From assembly GCF_039654945.1 (NCBI RefSeq), contig NW_027361711.1, forward strand, positions 1,240,001 to 1,304,000: a stretch of DNA of 64,000 bases, given 5' to 3'. The position numbers were made by a program, and so were the translations under genes. Within the stretch, counting starts at the first letter, position 1, and every line of letters starts with the position of its first letter. The notes beneath the pieces are model-generated. The model was not told the DNA's origin. It made no database searches and saw only the letters and a list, made by a program, of their open reading frames with translations. Of the stretch, positions 11,430 through 25,032 are shown one piece after another. The DNA is from Dendrobates tinctorius. Taxonomy: Eukaryota.

Positions 11430-13450
11430 AGCCTCTATGGAGCCCTTGAGCAGGGGGGAGCCTGCACCCGGCTCCCCTCCTGTCATCGCAAGTACAACTG
11501 TATAGGCTGGATGCCAATACAGTTGAAAGCACCGATGAGACAGGAAGCGTTACCCTCCCTCTTCCATCAGTCCACTTTTCAGCATCTGACGTTCCTGAGG
11601 CAGACACTGACAGGGATCACGTCATTACTTGGCACTCGCTGTCCTGAGATGAGCTGGCATTCATAACAGCGTGGGAACAAGGAGGAGAGGTGAGTATTGT
11701 AATTTTTATATGGGGCGTGCCTTATACTATTAGGGTCTGTCTGTGGGGGTGCTTTATACAATAGAGGTCTATGGTCTATACTGTAGAGGTATATGTGGGT
11801 GCTTCATACTACAGATGCCTTTTGGGGGTGCTTTATGCTATATAGAGTCTGTCTATGCGGGTGCTTCAAACTATATAGAGTCTACCTATAAGGGTAAATT
11901 ATACTATATCGAGTCTGCCTATGGGGGGGTGCTGTATACTATAAAGGCCTATGGGGTGCATTATACCATATAGAGTCTACCTATGGGGAGTACATTATAC
12001 TATATAGTGTGCCTATGGGAAGAGCAGTAAACTACAGTCTGTCTATGGGGAGTGCATTATTTTATACTGGCCTAAGGGGGTGCTTTATACTATACAGTAT
12101 AGTCTGCCTATGGGGAGTGCATTACAATATACAGGTCTATGGGGGTGCTTATACTATATAGAATCTGTCTATGGGGTGCTTTATACTACATAGATTCTGC
12201 CTATGGGGAGTGTATTATACTATATAGTCTGCCTATGGGGAATGCATTATACTATACAGGCCTATGGAGGTGCTTTATACTATATACAGCCTGCCTTTGG
12301 GGATTGCATTATACTATACAGGCCTATGGGGGTGCATTATACTATACAGAGTCTGCCTATGGGGGTGCATTATACTGTATGGAGGACTATGGGGAGTGCA
12401 TTATACTATATAGTCTGCTTATGACTGCATTATACTATATATTCTACCTATGAGGTGTGCATTATATTATATGGAGGCCTATGGGAGTGCATTATACTAT
12501 ATAGAGTCTTCCAATGTGGAGTACATTATACTATATGTATGCCTATGTGGAGTGCATTATATTATAGAGTCTGCCTATGGGGAATGCATTATACTATATA
12601 TAGTCTACCTATGTGGAGTGCATTATACTGTATGGAGGCCTATGTGGAATGCATTATACTATATAGTCTACCTATGGGGAGTGCATTATACTATATAGTC
12701 TCATTATGATGATGCATTATACCATATATTCTGCCTATGAGGAGTGCATTATACTACATAGAGGCCTATGGGGAGTGCATTATACTAAACCAAGGAGTAT
12801 TTGGTGCATTATATTATATGGAGGCTATTTAGGGGCCATCATACAGTATTGGAGCCATCAAACAGTTTTGGGGGCTTCTATGGGTCAGTATTCTGTGTTG
12901 GCGGTACTATACAGTGTGAGGGCATTATACTTTGTATAAGAGAACATTATACGGTGTAGAGGGGAACTGTACAGGGTGGAGACTCAGGACATTATTAAAT
13001 GTTACTGTGATATATGAGAACTCAGGTTATTGTGACTGTCAAAGAGGTACACAAAGGACATTATTACTTTCTAGAGGGCAAAATGTCAGCACTGTTTTCT
13101 AGGGCACTTGTACACAACACTATTACATTCTAGAATCTTATTATCTAGAGGCTTACAGTATCTTACCATCTAGAGGGCACGCAGAAGGTGCAGTAATGTC
13201 AAGAAAATGAGTTTATGTAGGTTGGGAATAGATGGGGATGGGGCTGGAAATGTGAACAAATGTGTCTTTGTTGTGATCTCTGCATCTGAATCATGGCTGC
13301 AAAAGTTGTTGCGATGGTCTGAGACAGATGGAAAGATAGGAAAAGTGAATGATTCCACCAGAAAGAATATCAGCTGTAAGTCACTATCTGTAACTATACT
13401 TTAATCTATTACATGTTCTGCAGGACTTGTATCTACCACAATATGGTCAC
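11430..13450 (+). mobile_element. Non-autonomous hAT-like element, termini eroded, with a ~30-35-bp array at 11710-12940
   Basis: Array unit GTGCATTATACTATATAGTCTGCCTATGGGG. Same layout as the TSD-bounded hAT copies (donor at ~11690, array, exon-like core). Confidence 0.6.
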
Positions 13451-13682
13451 TATGTAGGGGTGGACTGACCTATGGACATGTCTGATGAAGCGGGAAATGT
13501 AAAGAGATGATGTATACTATGCTTTATTATGACTTGTATGTATATGTGTGGGACAACAGCTGGAATTAGGGAAAGATGGTGTAGTACCGGGTTTTGGCCA
13601 CAAGATGAAGACAGAGAGCAGGGGGGAGCACCCGTTGAGTAGTCCGGGTGGTCCTACCCCAATGAAAGGGAATTGTTATAGA

Positions 13683-14215
13683 GATCAAAATTATGTTTAC
13701 TAAATACCCTTATCATTATTATTACCTTTATGCATCATTTGCAGTTTATTTTTTACTTTTTAGTTCAGGATATTAGTGTTTTTTGCTTTTTGTTTTCTCT
13801 GATTAATGGTCATGTGTTAATATGCACTTACATTGTGCATACACATTAACTTACTTTCTCAGTTCAGATTCGTTTTTTATTCATTTCATTGTGCATTCAG
13901 TGCATATATGGGTGTGACCGCCCTCTTTCTGAGCTGGGAAAACCATCCTGCCTGGCCTAAGCTTTTACTAGTGGTTCAGCTGCTCGATCCTTGTTCACAT
14001 TCACGTCACTTGGCAAGTGAAAAGGTTTTAAATACTAGAGTAGGGACTGTCCCACAAGGGTTGCCGTGACGTGGCGGGATGGCTTGTACATTATTTTGAT
14101 CAAAATTATGTTTACTAAATACCCTTATCATTATTATTACCTTTATGCATTATTTGCAGTTTATTTTTTACTTTTTAGTTCAGGATATTAGTGTTTTTTG
14201 CTTTTTGTTTTCTCT
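13683..14215 (+). mobile_element. Non-coding PLE/retrozyme-like insertion: about 1.28 head-to-tail copies of a 415-nt unit
   Basis: 118-bp direct repeat at 13683-13800 and 14098-14215 (one mismatch seen), T-rich 3' end, contains the pseudoknot motif. Confidence 0.55.
14036..14126 (+). ncRNA. Candidate HDV-like double-pseudoknot RNA, family 2
   Basis: P2 AAGGGT/ACCCTT, P3 GCC/GGC with loop GTGACGT, candidate P1 CTGTCCC/GGGATGG, palindromic P4 centred on TGATCA, J4/2 CTAAAT. Confidence 0.5.
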
Positions 14216-14401
14216 TGTTGAGGGCACAGCAGAATACTGCAGTACGCAGGCGCCGGACCTTTAAACGAGAGGTACCAACAATTTTGACTACATGTGTAAA
14301 AGCTACTAATATCAAATATAAAAATTGCACACTACAAGTAAAAATTATACATGAGTAATATAAATATGTTTAAAATGCAAATAGCTCAGTCTTAACTTTA
14401 A

Positions 14402-17400
14402 CCCCTTTCTAACATCAGACGTACTATCCCGTCCACGGTACCCGGGCCCGTATGACCGGGATAGTACGTCTAAGCAATCAGCGGCGCTCTCGGGAGGGCG
14501 CCGCTGATAGCGGCAGGGTGTCAGCTGATTATCACAGCTGACACCCAGCACTATGTGTCTGGGGCGGTCACGGACCGCCCCGGCACATTAACCCCTGGCA
14601 CACTGCGATCAAACATGATCGCAGTGTACCGGGGGATTAGGGAAGCATCGCCAGGGAGGTGGCTCACTGCGTGCTTCCCTGAGGCCCCCGGAGCAGCGCA
14701 ATGTGCTGCGCTGGTCCGAGGGTCTCCTTCCCTGCAGGCCCCTGGATCCATGATGGCCGCGGGGGCCTGCAATGAGGCGGTTTCCTCAGTGCCTGATGAG
14801 AGCAGGCACTGAGCGAGCCTGCAGCAGCGCTTGTCAGATTGCTGATCTGACAGAGTCCTGGGCAAACTGTCAGATCAGTGATCTGACACATTACAATAAT
14901 GCCCCCCCCGGACAATAAAATAAGGTAAAAATAAAGAAACGTGTAGAAATAATTTGTAAAAAATCCCTAAATAAATAAAAAAATATATTCCCTAATAAAT
15001 TCATTTTTTTGGAAATAATAAAAAAAAATAAAAGTACACATATTTAGTATCGCCGTAACGACCCGCCCTATAAAACTGTCCCACTAGTTAACCCCTTTAG
15101 AGAACCCCTTAAAAAATAAAAATAAAAAACAAAGCAAAAAACAATGGTTTATCATCATATCGCCGAACAAAAAGTGCAATGACGCGCGATAAATAGACGG
15201 ATATAAATAACTATGGCACCTCTGGAAACGTAATCTTGTCCTGCAAAAAACGAGCCATCATACAGCATAATCAGCAAAAAAATAAAAAAGTTATAGCTTG
15301 CAGAATAAAGCGATGCAAAAATTATTATTTTTTATATAAAATTGTTTTCATTGCATAAAAGCGCCAAAACATAAAAAAAGACGTAAATGAGGTATCGCTG
15401 TAATCATACTGACCCGAAGAATGAAACCGCTTTATCAATTTTACCACACGTGGAACGATGTAAACGTGCCCCCCAAAAGAAATTCATGAAATGCTGGTTT
15501 TTGTTCATTATGCGTCCAAAAAAATCGGAATAAAAAGCGATCAAAAAATGTCACGTGCCCTAAAATGGTGCCAATAAAAACTTCAACTCGTCCCACAAAA
15601 AATAAGACCTAACATGACTCAGTGGGTCAAAATATGGAAAAATTATTGCTCTCAAAATGTGGTGATGCAAAAACTAATTTACAATAAAAAGCGTCTTTTA
15701 GCATATGACAGCTGCCAAACATAAAAACCCGCTATAAATAGTAAATCAAACCCCCCTTTTATCATCCCCTTAGTTAGGGAAAAATAATAAAGTTAAAAAA
15801 AATGTATTTATTTCTATTTTCCCATTATGGTTAGGGTTAGGGTTAGGGCTAGGGTTAGGGTTGTGTTAGGGTTAGGGTTGGAGTTAGAATTGGGAGGTTT
15901 CCACTATTTTGGCACATCAGGTGCTCTCCAAACGCAACATGGCGTCTGATCTCAATTCCAGCCAATTCTGCATTGAACAAGTCAAACGGTGCTCCTTTCC
16001 TTCCAAGCTCTGCCATACGCCCAAACAGTTGTTTACCCTCACATATGGGGTATCAGCCTACTCAAGACAAATTGCACAACAACTTTTGGGGTCCAATTTC
16101 TCCTGTTACCCTTGGGAAAATAAAAAATTGGGGGCAAAAATATAATTTTTGTGGAAAAACAATATGATTTTTTTATTTTTATGGCTCGACGTTATAAACT
16201 TCTGTGAAGCACTTGGGGGTTCAAAGTGCTCCCCACTCATCTAGATAAGTTCCCTGGGGGGTCTAGTTTCCAAAATGGGGTCACTTGTGGGGGGTTTCAA
16301 CAGTTTAGACACATCAGAGGCTCTCCAAACACAACATGACACCCGCAGACCATTCCATCAAAGTCTGCATTTCAAAACATCACTACTTTCCTTCCAAGCC
16401 CCGACATGTGCACATACAGTAGTTTTCTCCTACATATGGGGTATCAGCGTACTCAGGACAAATTGGACAACAACTTTTGGGGTCCAATTTCTCCTGTTAC
16501 CCTTGGGAAAATAAAAAAATTGGGGACTAAAAGATCATGTTTGTGGAAAAAATATGATTTTTTTATTTTCACGCCCAAGCGTTATAAACTTCTGTGAAGT
16601 CCTTGGGGGTTCAAAGTGCTCACCACACAATTAGATAAGTTCCTTGGGGGGTCTAGCTTACAAAATGCCATAATTTGTGGGGGAGTTTCCACTGTTTAGG
16701 CACATCAGGGGCTTTCCAAACGCGGCATGGCGTCCAATCTCAATTCCAGCAAAAAAAGTCAAATGATGCTGCTTCCCTTCCGAGCTCTGCCATGCACCCA
16801 AATAGTGGTTTACCCCCACATGTGGGGTATCAGCGTACTCAGGACAAATTGCACATTAACTTTTGGGGTCCTGTTACCCTTGGGAAAATAAAAATTGGGG
16901 GTGAAAAGATCATTTTTGTTTCCAAAATGGTATCTTTTGTGGGGGGGCACATCAGGGGCTCTCCATACGTGACATGGCGTCCGATCTGAATTCCAGCCAA
17001 TTTTGCATTGAAAAAGTCAAACGGTGCTCCTTCCCATCTGAGCTCTGCCATGCGCCGAAACAGTGGTTCCCCCTCCCCCCCACATATCAGGTATCAGCGT
17101 ACTCAGGACAAATTGCACAATAACTTTTGCAGTCCAATTTCTCCTTTTACCCTTGGTAAAATAAAAAAATTAGACCTGAAGTAATTTTTTTGTGAAAAAA
17201 GTTAAATGTTAATTTTTTTTAAACATTCAAAGATTTCCTGTGAAGCACCTGAAGGGTTAATAAACTTCAACTTGAATGTGGTTTTGAGCACCTTGAGGAG
17301 TGCAGTTTTTAGAATAGTGTCACTTTTGGGTAATTTCTATCATATAGACCCCTCAAAGTGACTTCAAATGTGATATGGTCCCTAAAAATAAAATGCTGTT

Positions 17401-17807
17401 GTAAAAATGAGAAATCGCTGGTCAACTTTTAATCCTTATAAATTCCTAACAAAAAAAATGTTGTTTCCAAAATTGTGCTGATGTAAAGTAAACATATGGG
17501 AAATGTTATTTATTAAGTTTTTTGTGTTCCAAATCTCTGTGATTTAAGGGTATAAAAATTCCCTTAATAAAAAAGTTAGAAAATTGCAAAGCTTTCAAAA
17601 TTTTCGCCAAATTTACGTTTTTTGTGAAAAGCAAGTTATATGAATGAAATTTTCCCACTAACATGACGTACAATATGCCAAGAGAAAACAATGTCAGAAT
17701 CACCGGGATCCATGGAAGCGTTCCAGAGTTATTACCTAATAAAGGGACAGTGGTCAGAATTGTAAAAATTGTCACGGACATGAACGTGCAAAACACCCTT
17801 AAAGGGG
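14402..17807. mobile_element. Non-autonomous piggyBac-like element (3.4 kb) with ~400-bp internal repeats
   Basis: TTAA-CCCCTT...AAGGGG-CTAA. Repeat units start near 15911, 16310, 16699 and 16946. No transposase. Confidence 0.78.
15831..15877 (+). repeat. Interstitial telomere-like (TTAGGG)n
   Basis: About 8 units, some degenerate, inside the piggyBac-like element. Confidence 0.85.
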
Positions 17808-17811
17808 CTAA

Positions 17812-19700
17812 AAACTCTTGAAACAATGCTGGCTAATTTTAAAATCCATTTTCTCTCCATTACAGACATCTTTTGAATGTAATCACCCCTTCTGCAATCT
17901 TTGGGTACCTATTCTATCAGTGAAAGTACCAATCTTTTAATGTCCTCTTTATGTGTTTATATAAAATGATGAGATACAGGGTGTACAAAAAATGTTTTGG
18001 CTATATTTCTAAAATATTGTCATAATTTGATTTACAGTGTTCTTTTTGTATGGCCCACGTGGAATTTACCATATCCATATTTGATGTAATAAATTACCCT
18101 TCGTGAAAAGCATGAGATAAGCGCTTTGATTTTAAATGCTATTTTTCCATCTGGACTTTTGATGTCCTTGATACACTGATTGGTTTTGCATACTTTAAGT
18201 TTGCATGCATAACAATGTTTTCAAGCTCTAAAAATTTTTGCATGACTGATAAAGGTATTTACTGATTTTGAGCACCATAACTTTAATTGTTGGCACTGCT
18301 GGACTCTCCACCATAAATACCTTTCTAAACACATCCTTGGGGATGTCATGTAGCAGTTCCAATGACTTTGTCCTCTTTCAAGATTGACCAGTATTTACTA
18401 CCACTTGTTTTAATGTTCCTATCTGGCTATTACAGTATAATATTCAGAATAGTGGATAACTCACTTTACAAAGTGCACGGTGTTGTGTCCTGTTTGTAAT
18501 TAGTAATCAAGTCCACACAGGAGTATTGTTTGACATTTGCTTTAGCTGCTACAAGGGTATCCTGTCACAGCCTGTATTAATTGTTTTTCTAAATATTTAG
18601 CTTCTTAATATATTAATTCTTGTCCATGCAATTATGAGGAACCCAAAGGAATCTACTTTTTAAGTATTTTTGTAAGCTAAACTGAAAATTAACGCTGAAT
18701 GTACTTTATGATCAAGAAATTGTAAACTGAACTCATGATGTTTGATTTATGAAAAATGTTTTATATATAAATTCTTTAAACTCCTTCTAAACACAATATT
18801 ATCAATAAGATTCATTAGATTCAAACAGATTTGCTCAAACGCTCCCTGGAGAAAATGATAAAATGCTCCCAGCAAGTATGCAGATTAATAAAACTTGGAG
18901 CTAATTTTGTCCCCATAGCAGTTCCTTATGGTTGCTAAAAAAAATTGTCCTTCATATAAAATAGTTGTGATTCAAGATAAAATTACTGCACTGCATGATA
19001 AATTCTATTTGTTCCTCTGAGTAAATGACCATCATTTTCAAAAAGGGATGAATTGCCTAACAATCTTTTCTGTTATATCACATTATAGAGGTATATAACA
19101 CTAAGAGTACAATGTAATGATCCTGCAACTCAGTTGTTTGTAAAATATGTGCAGTATCTTTTAGGTTATTGATTTTTATACAGATAATACCATTGGCTTC
19201 ACCTAGTGACTAAATTGGCACAATTTGTAGTAATGTTATAGATATAGGTATTTATTAAGGTGGTCTTTTCATCACCATGTTATATTTAGGGTTGAGTTCC
19301 TGCAACTCAGTTGAAGGAACCACACTGATTATGCTATGCAGTTTGTTTGTTTTTTAAAATAAATGCTTCTGCAAGCACGAAACATGTAAAAATAAAAACT
19401 ACAAAATTACTATTCTATTCTAGAACTGCTTCCTTTCTACAGCAGGGCGGTTTACTTTTAAAGATCAATCTCCTTTTCCTACTAATCGATATGCAAAAGA
19501 AGGTTCACCATTTGCCGGCAAGACTTCAGCAGTTGTAGTATTTATGGGCTGTTATTGGAGTTGTAACAATCACTTCCTTTTTAGGTTAGCAACTGCATCA
19601 TTCCCTTCTTATCTGTACCTTTCTTTATTACTTTATGCGTGTGTGTATTCACTCCTTATTTTCTCTATAAGATAAAAATTGGTAAGAGCTCCTGTTCTTT
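17812..19700 (-). pseudogene. Old Penelope-like RT + GIY-YIG fossil
   Basis: Minus-strand motifs in PLE order: LYTSI (~19090), ILNHNYF...GTAMGTKLAPSFINL (~18880-18980), GYP (~18560), KYWSILKEDKVIG, CYAC, ISCFSRRVIYYIKYGYGKFHVGHTKRTL (~18030-18120), HPVSHHF, ERKWILKL. Many stops and frameshifts. Confidence 0.8.
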
Positions 19701-19737
19701 ATGGCGCTTTATGCTACCCACTACCTTCTCTGTGTTA

Positions 19738-21553
19738 AGGCCCTGTCACACACAGCAATCTCGCTAGCGAGATCGCTGATTTTGTGACGTCACAGCGATC
19801 TCACCAGCGAGATTGCTGTGTGTGACGGGGATCAGCGACCGCCCCCCCCGCCAGGTATCGCTGATCGTGCACTATCGTGCTCATCCGTTTTTTGATCGTT
19901 GCTCTCCCGCTGGCCGCTGGGAGCTGGTAACCAAGGTAAATATAGGGTTACTAAGCGTCACGCGTCACTTAGTTACCCGATGTCTACCTTAGAAATCTGC
20001 GTGCTCGCAGCTCCCGGCGCGAGCATGCAGGTTTCTAAGGTACATGGGATGCCCTCACACCCAGGGCTGTGGGGTACTCGGTACCGGGCCTGATGAGCTT
20101 CAATGGGAGATGTCACGGCAGCTGGGACCCGGCCCGTGGCCCTGGGCGCCCATTGTAAAAGGGAAATGTTCAGTGTGCTTATGATGAGTGATTTGTAACG
20201 CCACCTGTGGTGTTCGGCAATAGAGATGTAAGCCGACGCTGCAGACAGATCCTCTGGGACAGATGGTGTGGTGCAGCAGTGATGGTATAGCCCTCCACAG
20301 GCAGGGCTGTAGTCCCAGGGCAGTGTAGGTGAAGTGACACGTAGATGGTGTAGTGTCAGGCGCAAGGGATGTAGCAGTGCTAGGCAGGTTGGCGCAGGAA
20401 TAAGTGGAGGACACCAGGGCATGTAGTTCCAAAGCTTTACTCACAGTCTGTTGCAGGTACAGGTACCCGCATCCGTGTCCTCTGGGTCAGGAGCTCAGCC
20501 AACTTCCAGGCAAGATGAAGTACTCCCAACACTCCGCCAACATATGTGCCTTTTCTGAACGTCTCCTCTTATAGCGCCTTTGAATGAAGTACTCCTAGTA
20601 CTGAGTTACACTGGAGTTCCTCCTGTCAGATGTTCCTAAGAACTCTACTTGTACGGCAGACAGCTGTAGCCTGCTTCGGGGACTCCTTGCTACCAAGTCC
20701 CGGCTCACTAATATGTTGCTGTTGTGCCCCCAAGTCTTGTGTGGGAATAAAGTGGTTACTACTTCTATTCCTCCGGTGTCTGCTGCAGGACCATTAGTAT
20801 CCGTACAACCTCGGGGACCGGACCCCGGCCTTGCGCTTAGAACTTGAAAAGGGTTCTCCTCGAACCCTGGTCCTTGTTCTCTTATTCTCCTCACGTTCCG
20901 TGCTAATCCTTCTTCCCAAAGGAGAATCAAGCTTCCTTTCTCTGTCTCTTTCCTGTGCCAGCAGACCCAGATCACTGTGGCCTGCTGCAGCACTTCCTTC
21001 TTCCATCCCTCTCCCGGGGATCTTCTCTGTCTCACTCTCTGTCCTTCTACATCCTCACTCATTGACTGAATGAAAAAATGACTGACTGACTCAACTCTTC
21101 CCACTCTTTTATGTGAACTAACTCCACCCACCTCCTAGCACGTTTCGTGTTCCAAGCAGGGAGCCACCAAGGGGTGCTATGCTACACTCCAAGCAGGGAG
21201 CTGCTGAAGGTGCTTTGCTACACTACTTTGTGGTGTGGGGTGCAGGTGTTGGAGCGTGGTCCGGTGTCTCCACCTTACCTGGATGGTGGGGTACCACACC
21301 TCAGGAGGAGGTGCAGTACCTCTGTGGCGACTGAACCCTCAAGGGCGTCACATACACATCGGGTAACTAAGTGACGCGCGCTGCTTAGTAACCCGATATT
21401 TACCTTAGAGACCAGCATCCTCGCTGGTGCTGATCGCTGGTGAAGCTGCCTGTTTGGCAGCTCACCAGCGATCATGTAGTGATGCACCAGCGATCCTGAC
21501 AAGGTCATATCGTTGTCGGGATCACTGGTGCATCGTTTAGTGTAACTGGGCCT
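19738..21553. mobile_element. PIF/Harbinger MITE interrupted by a solo LTR
   Basis: TTA-AGGCCC...GGGCCT-TTA. Internal CAGCGATC and GTTACC palindromes continue on both sides of the LTR. Confidence 0.8.
20045..21352. mobile_element. Solo LTR (1308 bp), Gypsy-type with 4-bp TSD
   Basis: TGGGATGCCCT...AGGGCGTCACA inverted ends and TSD TACA (20041-20044 / 21353-21356). Confidence 0.85.
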
Positions 21554-21739
21554 TTAGAGGTAGCAGCAAATAGAGGAAGGGGATTGTTCACAGGTTGCAA
21601 GACATATACAAAGACCTCACATCCAACCTATATTATTGGGACACACCTACAGGAGAAAAATCTCAAACTTGTATCAGGTAAGAGAATGTATGTCAGGGGT
21701 CTGAAAATTAAATAAGGACTAAAGATTGCTGAAATTTAA

Positions 21740-22152
21740 AGAAGTTGTCCACTACTTGGACAACTTCTTTTCATACCTCTCTCTTGGCCCCCATAAAATA
21801 ATAAAGCTTATACTCACCTCCTGTGCAGCCGTTCCTGCAGTGTGGGGACTCGACCTCCCAGCGCTCCTGTCCTGTTGTTGTGAAACGTGACACCCAGTCA
21901 GTGCTGTCGTCACCGTCCCTGCCTCCTGTCAAATTGAGCAGGACAAGGAAGTTCAAGATTGTCTGCAGCCCGGACTTCCTCTTCATGTTCAATTTGTCCG
22001 AAGGCGGGAACAGTGGCGGCAGCGCTGATTGGGCGCCTGTGTCACAACACTGCATGAGTGCCAACACCACGGGAACAGCACCAGCATGGGAGGTGAGTAT
22101 TAGCTTTATTTTATGGTGGCCAAACATTTTGATCAATAAGGGGTTGTCCTCT
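21740..22152. mobile_element. T2/Kolobok-type MITE
   Basis: TTAA on both sides, AG...CT termini, inverted TATACTCACCTCC / GGAGGTGAGTAT. Confidence 0.65.
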
Positions 22153-22959
22153 TTAATTTGATTTCATTAACTAAAGGTAACTATAAACATAATTAAAAAT
22201 ATTTTCCATATCCTTTCATTTGACCTAACCACAGTACTCTTAAGAGCAGACAAACCTCATTAAGCAAGTTCAGAAATTCAGCTTCAAACAAAATAAGAGA
22301 AAAAAAACATTATGTCATCTATATACAATAGGAAATTCTTAAAACAAATGTATAACAATAGATTTAATCAGAATTTATGTAGATTTACAGTTTATGTAGG
22401 ATGAGTTTTAGTTTTTAATGCCATTATTTCATGAACAATATATTGTGTTGGAAAACAGGGAAAAAAATGTCTTTGAAATTTAAATGAGAAAAAGTTGCAA
22501 TTCCACCATTTTTGTTCAGGACTTGTTACTACTACTGTGCAGTAAAACCACATGTTAACTTTATTCTGTGGGTGAAGCTGATTATTGTAATACCACACAC
22601 AGACTGAGCTGTGTAATGACTAGTTTTTTTTTTGCTGTAGTTTTTACTTGTTCAGTTTTGGGATACATAGGACTTGTTAGCTTTTTGCTCTTTTTTTTTT
22701 CTGGCATTTTTATTTATTTTTTATGCAATTCACTGTGAAAAATACTGTAATGTTTTAACATTTCTATCTTTAACAGATTAAAAAAAATGTGATTTATTAC
22801 TAGCTGAAGAGCATGGAATTACCCGGGCATAGTAACTAGCAACAAATTATAATGATTATACTGCACATAAAACATTTCACATCATATATTCAACACTACA
22901 GATTTGCAACACAAATTAACTAATTGATTACCTAAGTATTGATAGCATTTTATTTTCAA

Positions 22960-23252
22960 CTCATTGAAGAGCCTTTTGATAAACATTTTTGTTTTTTCCT
23001 TTTGGTGCAAAGATGAACAGATTTTTGGTAGTTCCAATTCTTAAACAGGCCACGTAAAGTTGACCATGAGAAAAGCATGGGGGTTGCAAATCAATCCCTA
23101 CTTCTTTCAAGCGCTGTCCCTGAGCCTTGTTAATGGACATTGCAAATGCCAGTCAAAGTGGAAACTGGAGGCGTTTAAAATCAAAAGGCAAATCAGATAG
23201 AATGAGTGGAATTCTTGGAATGAATATGTCCTCTCCTTTGGCACATCCTGTT
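22960..23252 (-). pseudogene. Pif1-like helicase C-terminus of Helitron RepHel
   Basis: [59 protein letters not shown]. Confidence 0.92.
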
Positions 23253-23450
23253 GCTGAGCTGTGCATCTAATCCTATTCTGTGTGTTACTGTCTGCTGAGC
23301 CGTGTATCTAATTCTGTTCTATGTGATACTGTCTGCTGAGCCGTGTATCTAATCCTATCCTGTGTTACTGACTGCTGAGCTGTGGATCTAATTATAGCCT
23401 GTGTGATACAGTGTCCTGACCATGTATCTAATCCTATCCTGTGTGATGCT
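23253..23450. repeat. ~41-bp tandem repeat in the Helitron
   Basis: About 5 units of GCTGAGCCGTGTATCTAATCCTATCCTGTGTGATACTGTCT. Confidence 0.85.
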
Positions 23451-24363
23451 AGGATCCCCCTGGAATCCCCGTGCAGTCTGTGTCAGAGGGTGGTCTGTGT
23501 CGTCACGGTAATAAATTGTGTTATTTCAAGTTTTACAGAAGTACGATAACACCATGGAAATGATAAGAATAATAGGCCTCAATTACCTCAACTGTCTACA
23601 AGGAAAACTGTTGCTCATAGCAACCAATCACAGTTCAGCTTCTTTTAAACAGCTCTGGTAAAATGATAGATGCTTAGTGTCATGATCCCAGTGCAGGTTT
23701 TGACCTGCACGTCAGGGGTTAATGTTTGGAGCCCAGTGAGGCTTTGACCTGCACGCCTGGGGTTAATTATGGTGGCCTCTCTTTGGTTCAGGGAGAGCTT
23801 CTTATACCCCTGAGAAACTCCAATCCCCGTCAGTTATACTTTTGCCTTTGGCCAAGTGTGTTGACCCCTGTGTGCCTGTGCCTCTTCGTTGTCTTATAGT
23901 TTGCTTATATGGTTCTGACCCGGTTCTGTCCCCCGTTGTGAGTTTGCTTGTTGATTCTGTACTGCACTACCCTCTCTGTGTATGACTCATTGGCTATGTC
24001 CTGACTATCCTTCCTGCCTAATCCTCTGGTTTTGTTATGCTATCTCGTGCTTTGACCCCGGCCTGATCTGTTTTCGTCCCTGTCTATGCCCCTTGGTAAC
24101 TTTGTCCCATAGTTACCCTGCTAGGAGTTTTCCTGCAGCTCCTAGCTCTCTGAGGTTTAGACCACGCCCCCAGCAGTCACGTGCTTCAGGTTCTGCTGTT
24201 CTGAAGTACACACCTTCTCTACTGCTGCCCGCTCCACAGGTATCTCTGAGTACAGTTTATTTTACTCAGGACATGCGCACTGGCTCAGTGAGCAAGTTCA
24301 GTGCGGTGTTCCTGACATTATAACTGACCATGAACTTTTTTTTTCTCTCCTCATTTCTGCAGC

Positions 24364-25030
24364 ATGGACCCAATGTGTGCTTTATCTGAGCAGGTGAAAT
24401 GCTTGACTCAGTCGCTGCAGAAGCTAAGTTTGGAACACCAAGCTCTGGTCCAGTCCCAACGGCAGGTTGCGGACTCGATTCAGGGGGTGCTTTCCGCAGG
24501 CTTTCAGCAGGTGGGGAATAGAGATGTCATTTTAGTCCCATCCGAATCCCCGGTTAAATTGCCAGATACGTTTGCTGGTAACAAAAATGAATTTAGAGCA
24601 TTTAAGGAGGGCTGTAAGCTCTTTTTCTCCTTGAGACCCCGCTCCTCTGGGGATGAGAAACAGAGGGTGGGGGTGGTTATGCCCCTGCTTAGGGGGTCCT
24701 CACAAGCCTGGGCGTTTTTGCTTTCCTCTTCTGCCCCTGAGAGAATGACTGTGGATACGTTTTTTGAGGCCTTAGGGCTTAGTTACGATGAGCCTGATAG
24801 AGTGCGTTTGGCTGAGGACAAGGTGATGAGTGTCTGTCAGGGGAAGCACTCGGCCAAGTGGTTCTGTTCTGAATTCAGACGTTGAGCAGCCGAGATCTCT
24901 TGGAGTGATGCCGCCCTTCGGGGGCTGTTCCGTAGAAGCCTGTGTGAACGTCTGAAGGATGCCTTGGCACTCCATCCTCCACTTGACTCCCTGGAGGAAG
25001 CCATGACCCAAGCGGTTTGCATGGATCGCA
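24364..25030 (+). pseudogene. gag: gag of provirus 1 (premature stop, C-terminus deleted)
   Basis: PVKLPDTFAG...LLRGSSQAWA, homologous to 33544-34200. Confidence 0.88.
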
Positions 25031-25032
25031 GA

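Noticed and set aside
13482-13500. CTGATGA...GAAA hammerhead-like core
   Set aside because: There is no room for stem II and no convincing stem III.
15831-15877. Chromosome end or fusion site
   Set aside because: The tract is short, in a single orientation, and internal to a transposon.
21640-21685. Possible 25-nt host micro-exon (CAG|...|GTAAGA)
   Set aside because: The polypyrimidine tract is poor and no other exons were found.
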